Source of the DNA: Vairimorpha necatrix
Taxonomy: Eukaryota
Direction: 5' to 3'
Length of the DNA stretch: 64,000 nt
NCBI GenBank assembly: GCA_036630325.1
Contig: CP142728.1
Coordinates: 186,001 to 250,000 of the forward strand
In this document: piece after piece, positions 56,580 to 64,000 of the stretch
Layout: the number at the start of each line of letters is the position of its first letter
Numbering within the stretch: position 1 is the stretch's first letter
Notes under the pieces: model-generated
Database searches by the model: none
Told to the model about the DNA's origin: nothing
What the model saw: only the letters and a program-made list of their open reading frames with translations
Program-made: the position numbers and the translations under genes

Positions 56580-59189
56580 CAGGGGTCGGCAACCTTTTTG
56601 AAAAAAAGTTCAAAATGGGCAATTTCAAAATCTTAAAACGAAAAACGGGCGCAAGCGCATAAAATATCTTAGAAAAATAAAATAAATGCTCTGGAAAAAT
56701 TTTTAAAAAAAACATTCGTCTCGAATAATACAATTATGATTTTTTCCAGTATTTTTAAAGATAGGCACTTTTAACAAGTTTCAATTTTTTATATTAAAAC
56801 AAAAATTATAATTAAATATATTTACAAGAGTTTTCTTAAGTGATTAAAAGAATCGAAAAAAATAAATTTTATTGTTTTATATAGATTTAATAGACATTGT
56901 TTTGACAAGAATTCGAAGCTAATTTCTTCATAATTACTTTGAAAAGAGGTTTAAATTTTGTTTTCGATTAAATCTCGAAGAAATAAAAAAAATTAACTAC
57001 GTGTAGAGAAATACTTAGAAACAATACTTTTCAATGAGATACTTGATTTTGCATGTCATCTGCAATTTGGTCATAATAATGATATAAGATAAATTGGCCG
57101 CTCTTAAACAGTTATCTAAATGTTTGTCCGTAAGTTGTGTTCGATATTTTGATTTTAAATACGTCATATTCGAAAAAAGAGCTTCACAATTATATGTGGT
57201 TCCACAATATGAAAATATTTTGAGTGCACATTTTCTTAAAATGGGGAAACTATTATCTGAAACCAATTTCCCAAAAGTCCTTGTCTAAATAATGAGATTT
57301 TAAAACTATATCATTCTTCAAATTAATAATTTCAATTTCTAAGTTGTCCATGTTAACTATGTGAAAAAAATTAGAAATTTTTACTGGTAAATCAGAATCA
57401 AAAACATTTAAGGATTAACAAAAAATGGAATTATTTCCTCTAATGATCGAAAATCATGAAATCTTTTAATAAACTCAATCAGTAATAAATCTATTGCGCC
57501 TATGTACGATGTAGGATCGAATTCATGAATACGTTTGTTTGTTTTTTATTAACTTAGTATTTTAAAAGTTAAATAAAGATTTCTTCATTAAATGTATTTT
57601 AAAAAGTTCTAACTTATTTGCAAATGAATTAATTAAGCTTATCATATCTGCAATATGTGAATTTCTTTGTTGTAATTTTAAATTTAGTTCGTTAAATTTC
57701 ATTGTGATTTCCGCTAAAAATCCAAGATCTAAAAACCAACTTTTGTTTTCTAAATCTATATAAGTTTTATTTCTCATTGCAATAAATTCCTTTATTTAAG
57801 GTAAAAGCTTAATAAAGCGTTCAAGAACTTTGCCTCGGCTAAGCCATCTCACTTCCGTATTAAGAACTAAACCTTTAAAATCTGCGTTTTCTTCTTCCAT
57901 AAGCAGCTTAAACAGACTATGTTGAGTTGCTTTGGCTCTTATCGAATTTATAATTTTAGTAACGTATAATAAAATATGATTAAAATTAACACTTTTTGAA
58001 AATAAAACTTGTTGATGAATTATAAAGTGATATAAAATAAACTTTGGGAACAAAGAATCTGCTCTACATAAACCAATAAATCCGCTTTCTTTTCCGACCA
58101 TTGCTCGTGCACCATCAGTAGTAATAGAAGAAGGTTTTTGAAGTGGTATATTTTTATCGACAATAAATTTACTAAATAAAGAAAAAATATCTTTTCCCGT
58201 TGTAGAGAAGTTATAGGTAGAATTTTCAAAAATTCCTCTTTAGTTGAAAAGTCATTAAATACCATTTTTATAGAAACAATTAGTTGTGCTATGTCAACTA
58301 CATCGGTAGATTCATCAAGCTAAAAAAAATACATCCAATTTCTTAAGTCTTTATCTAATTCCGATTCTAAATTATTAACAATTAATTCTATTCTTCTTGA
58401 TGCACTTCTTGCTGATAACTGCAACATATTAATAGCTTTTAAAATTTCTTCTTGTTTTCAAAATCTTCAAAAAGAGAATCCGCCGCTGCTATCATAGCCT
58501 CTTTATAATTTCTGCATCAGTAAAGGGCTTTTTTCTTAGCCAACAGATGTGCAACTTTTAGTGAAGCTACAGTGGCCGCCTTTGAAAGCTCCTCTGGCTT
58601 TGTAAAACATCTCTGCTGTTTTACAATTGCTGATTTTAAAGAAAACAGCTTACTTTTTCGCAGTACGGACTTCAGTGGGTATTCAATATTTATATTTTCA
58701 TGCAAACCAGCGAAGTGTCGTTCTAAGTTACTTTTTTGCAAATTGTATTGCTTTTGTTGCACAATAAACAAATTCACTTACCTTGAAATTCTATAAAGAA
58801 AAAATCTTCTTCACATAAATTATTGAATTGATAATTTCTTCTTTTTTTTGAAAGTTCCATATAGGGGCAAAAAAAATTTGTAATAAATTTTGAAAATTTA
58901 TTGAACGTTGCATTAGCATGTTTTATGGCCATATTATTGTCAAAATAAATTTTAAAGAACTTTATAATTGGAATAAATAATTTTATTGTTATAATCATCA
59001 TATGTAAAAAATTTTTGTTGAAAGGTCTTTTTGCTTAACGAAAAGTAGATTAACTCCTTATAATGTACTCCCAATACTTAGCATTAAAAATGTTATTGAT
59101 CAAGTTTTTTTCAAAAAATTGAAATTATAAATTTTTAAATTTCTTCTCCATATAAAAAATGAAAACAAGAGCTTCATTGCCGACCCCTG
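56580..59189 (-). mobile_element. hAT DNA transposon, Buster/Charlie type
   Basis: 13-bp TIRs CAGGGGTCGGCAA (56580-56592) and TTGCCGACCCCTG (59177-59189). 8-bp TSD GTCTATTA at 56572-56579 and 59190-59197. Confidence 0.95.
57031..58860 (-). pseudogene. hAT (Buster-like) transposase, multiply frameshifted
   Basis: Fragments NLERHF, LDESTD, TDGARAMVGK, HFIIHQQVL, TEVRWLSRGKVLERF, GTTYNCEALFS.M...KSKYRTQL, and a C-terminal QVSH*. Confidence 0.92.
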
Positions 59190-60175
59190 GTCTATTATAT
59201 ACATCTCCTAAGTTGGTTTCGTAAAAATTTTGATGCACAGCATAAGTTAGACTAAGAAAACAGACATAAAAAAATTTTGAATAGATTCGATGGCATGTAG
59301 GAATGTTCTCTAATAATGTAATGTTGTTTTCCGTATTAATACTATATAGTGTTAGATAAACTTTCGAAACAGATTTTTTGACAATGCAAGCTAGCCGATT
59401 CTAGATATATTATGTCAGCTTCAAAAGAAAACATTACAAAGTATAACTTCCGATCATGAACTACATGTAAATGGTATTATATTTATATTTACGTGGTTAA
59501 AAATTTTATAACCCCTTTTATACTATATCTATATATAAATTGCAATGATTTAGCATGTAAAACATCTATTAGTTTAAGGTCTCGTCTTACAAAATTTTTG
59601 GGCCAAGCCACGTTAAAAAAAATAAATGCTTTGGAACGGATATAAGATCTAAGATTGTATTATGGACCTGTCACAAACAATATATTAAAATGCGCTATGA
59701 ATTTAGAAAAAAACGTCATGAACAGGATTTTGAATTTTCGATAGTCTCAAAAAGGTACAAAACAACGCTTTAAATAAAGAATGAATATGGAAATTATTAC
59801 TTCTGATCGCATAATATGAATAACTTTGGTTCATATAAATAAGATCTTATATACTTTAGGCTTAATTTTTTTTTTCTTACGAAAATAGGATTTAAAAATT
59901 TTAACTAAAAATATTCATACAGTTGCTTATGAAATCACAACAAACAAATCAATAAATTTATTGGCGCAAAACTTTAAATGCATGTTTTATATATAAACAT
60001 AAAATATGCGAAAGATTTACCACATGATCTATTATAAAAAGATCCTGTGTATTTTACAGAACATATAGTCCTTGCACTTAATCCATTGTTTGGCATCTTG
60101 ACATCATTATAACTGAATACGATTCTGTTTTGTTGATAACAGAAAAATTTTTATCTTAACATTTTTTTTACCCCA

Positions 60176-61255
60176 ATGTGGCCGTTATTAATTTGTTTGA
60201 CAGTCAAAATACATTCTATGAACGCAGACGAAAATAGGAGGATTTCTATATATAATTTATCTGCTAATAATGATAATCATGAATATGCTTGTAGCATATT
60301 GCGTAATAATCTAAAATACGTGCATATAACGAAGGAGGAGGTACAAAAGCAAGGTCGACTAGTATGGAAAACAATAACTCAAAATAGCATATTTACAAAT
60401 ATGCTAAAAGATAGTGCTTGGAATGACAAAACATTCTATGCAAATTCAAAACTAATGAATGCATATATTAAATTACTCATGCAGAAATTTGGGCTACAGA
60501 GCTATGATTTGTATTTATTTAAAAATTTTTTTTCAGCGGAAAAAAAAATTATTGAGAATATTGCAGATGTTACGCTAGAAATGTATATAGTTTATAATTC
60601 TTGTAATAACAATGCGATCCCTTTTGAAGAAAGTATTGAAAGTATTTTAAACTGGATTGTTTGTTTCAAAGAAAATGGTATAAGTTATATGCCGTCTGTT
60701 ATAATTAAAAAATGTAGAGGCTTATTGCCTTTTTATAAGAAATGCTTGAATGATTATGGGACATTTATTTGGACCAAAGCTTTTCTAGAAAAAATTAAAT
60801 ATAACCAGAATGAACTGTATGGCGCTAAATGTAACATAAATTATTATGAATTTAAAGATTTTGTATTTCCTAAAGTAAAAAATTTGACGGAACTATGTAA
60901 TTATGAAAACACTACAGATCCTATAATAGCTACAATTTCGAAAGAATTATGTGATTCTGCAAATACTACGTATTTAAGAATAGTTGAAGATTCGAAAAGG
61001 ATTGTTAATTTTGAAAACGCTAAAGAGTCTGGAGGGGTTCACTTTATTTCAAAACCTTCTAATAATATTAAGTATGCAGAAACAGATAATTTCGAGTTGT
61101 TGATGTTAATAATACTGAACATAATTTGTTTTTGTGCTTTTTTGGCGTTAAGTTATATTCTATATAGTAGATGTAAGAACAACAAACCAACTCAACCCAA
61201 TCGAATGACTTATCCATTGAAAAATATAAAAGACGTACAAATAAATGATAGTTAA
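60176..61255 (+). CDS. Hypothetical type-I membrane protein (signal peptide, TM near the C-terminus)
   Basis: 359-aa ORF with CCCC before the ATG. N-terminus MWPLLICLTV, TM LLMLIILNIICFCAFLALSYILY. Confidence 0.82.
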   Translation: MWPLLICLTVKIHSMNADENRRISIYNLSANNDNHEYACSILRNNLKYVHITKEEVQKQGRLVWKTITQNSIFTNMLKDSAWNDKTFYANSKLMNAYIKLLMQKFGLQSYDLYLFKNFFSAEKKIIENIADVTLEMYIVYNSCNNNAIPFEESIESILNWIVCFKENGISYMPSVIIKKCRGLLPFYKKCLNDYGTFIWTKAFLEKIKYNQNELYGAKCNINYYEFKDFVFPKVKNLTELCNYENTTDPIIATISKELCDSANTTYLRIVEDSKRIVNFENAKESGGVHFISKPSNNIKYAETDNFELLMLIILNIICFCAFLALSYILYSRCKNNKPTQPNRMTYPLKNIKDVQINDS

Positions 61256-61850
61256 GTTTAGCATTCGTGTATCATGATCATTCTTTTTTTATTTTGGAAA
61301 GAATTTTTTTTTGCAGTTAATTATATTTTAAACTTCAATTAAAAAATTAGGACAGTTGTAGTTTAATATGTATTTTATTATTATTTATAACAGTACAATA
61401 TTAAAGCTTTAATGTTAAATAAAGTACATAACAAAATAAAGTTTTAGTTATAGTTATGAAGATGAAAAGGTTTTTTCACTAAAAAGAAATTACTTGTTAA
61501 AATTTGTTTTATAAATAATAAGCAACTAGGTATTACAAAGTCCAACAATTATTTATTTTATATATAGTACATAAAGATGAATAATGTTCTTACGGGTTGT
61601 ATATATGTATACATAGCAGTAATGTTTTTAATATTCACCATGGTATATCTAATGTTATTTAATCTATTTGTTGAAATATATCTGCAATCATTAAATCTGG
61701 ATTGAAAGTTTTTGTAAATAATTTAAAAAATATAATCAAAAATGCTTTTTCGAAATATATTAGCGTGTGAATTCAATTTTTCAGTTTATAACGGTTTCTA
61801 TATTATGATGATTTATACATATTTTTAACAATGAACGTAAAAAATAGAAT

Positions 61851-62070
61851 AGTATAGTGACTAAGTTTCACAAATCTTATACTACAAGACTCGAAATCCC
61901 TAAGAAGGTAAAAGCGTTCCTTCCTATGATCACGCTAAAGAAGACGCAGAGATCATTTTTTGGACTAATATAGGAGAGGAGACGAAGCCGATGTTGAAAG
62001 GTTTATGGTGCCGGAAGTTACCTACAATCAGGAGATGCTAACGCGGAACCTCTCCTTGTTAAATTAGAAG
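61851..62070 (+). mobile_element. 3' remnant of an RLE-type non-LTR retrotransposon
   Basis: Translates SIVTKFHKSYTTRLEIPKKVKAFLPMITLKKT, resembling the microsporidian LINE C-terminus (GIVTKYHKSYLKRLEIP..VEAYIQ..LKKT, recalled from memory). Confidence 0.7.
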
Positions 62071-64000
62071 TATAAACTACACTAAGCATATCCTACGAAA
62101 AGTATTCATATTATTTAACATTAATTTTTTTTTTCCATTAATTTATATTTTTTCTTTATAAAATCGACGTATGTGTAGGTAATTTTTTAGAGTTGATGTA
62201 TCCAATCGACATCAAAAAATTTATCTGCGAATCATTAATACCTGAAAGTGGAAACCCATTGTTTTTTTGGTAGCCATCATATTATTTAGATTTACAAAAA
62301 AAAAATATAATTTTTTGTATCTACACAATATAAAACTAAAATATCATAATAAATACAGACTTCTTTAGTTTAAAAAAATTTAAAAATATTGATACATACT
62401 ACAAATAATCGAGGGTTTTATGATATAAATTTTTTTATTATTACGATTAAAACTTCGACTTTGAAAATAAAAAGTTTATTCTACTACTTATCGGATAATT
62501 AATAGACAACCATATACTTAAATTTGTTAAAATATAGGTTATGAGTGTAATGACTTTGACAATCATACGAATACACAATAAACTCAAAAATACATTAGAC
62601 AAATCTCATAATAAAAAATATATGTATATACTAAATAAATTAATTTATTACATTGCACATATCACGAAAGTTTGCCTATTATGAGGACATTTAAAAATAT
62701 TTATCATGTAAAAATATATCGTTTAACCTCTAAGATAGTACATTTAAAGATTCTAATTACAATTAGTTTCATGACCTCTTAATATCCGCGCAAAATTAGA
62801 AACGTACATTAATATTATTTTATATAAATTACTTGTCACTAAATTGTGTATGACCAAGTAAGAAAAGGATTATCTCTAACAGAATTTACAAACGACAATT
62901 TTTGTAAAATTTAATAATTTCTTCCTGGTTCTTATTCTTTTTTTTTATACTTCTTGATTCTGGCTGTTTATTATCCGCATACCTTTATGTCCTTTTTTGT
63001 TTGTGTAAAAGATTCCTTAATGCTCTATTAGAAATATTGATGTTAGTATAACTATACAATATTCTTATTAAACCTTTGTTAATATTTAATTGCTAAAAAA
63101 TCATCATTTGATTGAAGATCAAATTCCAAAACCAAAAAGCAGAAAATTACAGTTTAAGAACGATAAATAATTGACAAAATACTTTTATTTTTCTTTAGCT
63201 TTATTTTGTGGATTTTGTCAATTATTTTTATAAGCGATAATTTTATAAATACGTAGATTGTATAAATATAAAATTAAGACAAAAGTTACGATTAGAACTC
63301 TATATAGAAGCATATACGACAAAAGTTTTATAATATTTTTAAGACGCCTGCCTGTGTTGGGCGGACATTGTCTTGATATTGATCAAGAGGGGTTAGTCGT
63401 GAATCTAATGAGATAAAATCTAAAGAATTTTCAAGGAATCATTTGGGAGAATTTGAGTATCTGTAAAAAGCAAATGAATTACGAAAGTCATTTCACTCGA
63501 ATAATCAAAATTTGTTTCTAATTTATAATCGACACTATTTAAACATATGAAAAGATATAGTCATTCTTAAGTAATACATTAAATTGGGATATAACGTCCT
63601 AAGAATATTTTTTAGAACTTATCTTAAGCCACAGATTTTTTATTTGGTGAAAATACTTAAACTTTGCATCAATTTCGATTCTTAATTGTTTTTTATGATT
63701 TTTAATTTTTTAACTTGCTAATTATAATTAAATTTTGCCGTCTTTCGGTTTATAAAATCGATTATCGAAAAGTTATATTATGAGCTCCAAAGTATTCGAT
63801 CTCTTTTTTTCAATTATTTTGTAACTGCAGAAAGACTAATTGGATGCATGGCGCAATTTTTATTGTAGCTGTGAAAGCGTTTAAAGGTAAAACTTATGAT
63901 ATTACTTATGATACCCGGGACAAAAAGGATAATCAAAAGCAACAGAAATATGGATCAAATTATAGATGAAAATCTATATATTTACGAGAAAAAAAGAATC

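Overview
AT-rich eukaryotic DNA that looks microsporidian (Nosema/Vairimorpha-like; inference). Genes are short, divergent and apparently intron-less, and most ATGs are preceded by a CCC or GGG motif. Recognisable genes: MYG1 (partial), a membrane-anchored AAA ATPase, PIG-U, PTH2, a DHHC palmitoyltransferase, a probable DONSON-like protein, Cdc6, tRNA-Met, telomerase reverse transcriptase (TERT), mRNA guanylyltransferase, an LRR protein, a REX1-like exonuclease, a SCY1-like protein, Rab6/Ypt6 and meiotic Hop1. There are also several lineage-specific secreted or membrane proteins, including a four-member tandem family. The mobile DNA is rich and partly unusual. (1) A decayed Ty3/Gypsy element has LTRs of only 49-50 bp and no visible protease. 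(2) An intact Ty3/Gypsy element has identical 225-bp TA...CA LTRs, no tRNA PBS, and splits a host gene. (3) A tRNA-headed, poly(A)-tailed ~800-bp SINE-like family has 3 near-full copies and 3 fragments. (4) A head-to-tail array of five ~520-bp non-autonomous Helitron-like units has shuffled halves. (5) A Buster/Charlie-type hAT element has TIRs and an 8-bp TSD. (6) Two decayed RLE-type LINE remnants are present. A ~3-kb segmental duplication has breakpoints that abut retroelements.
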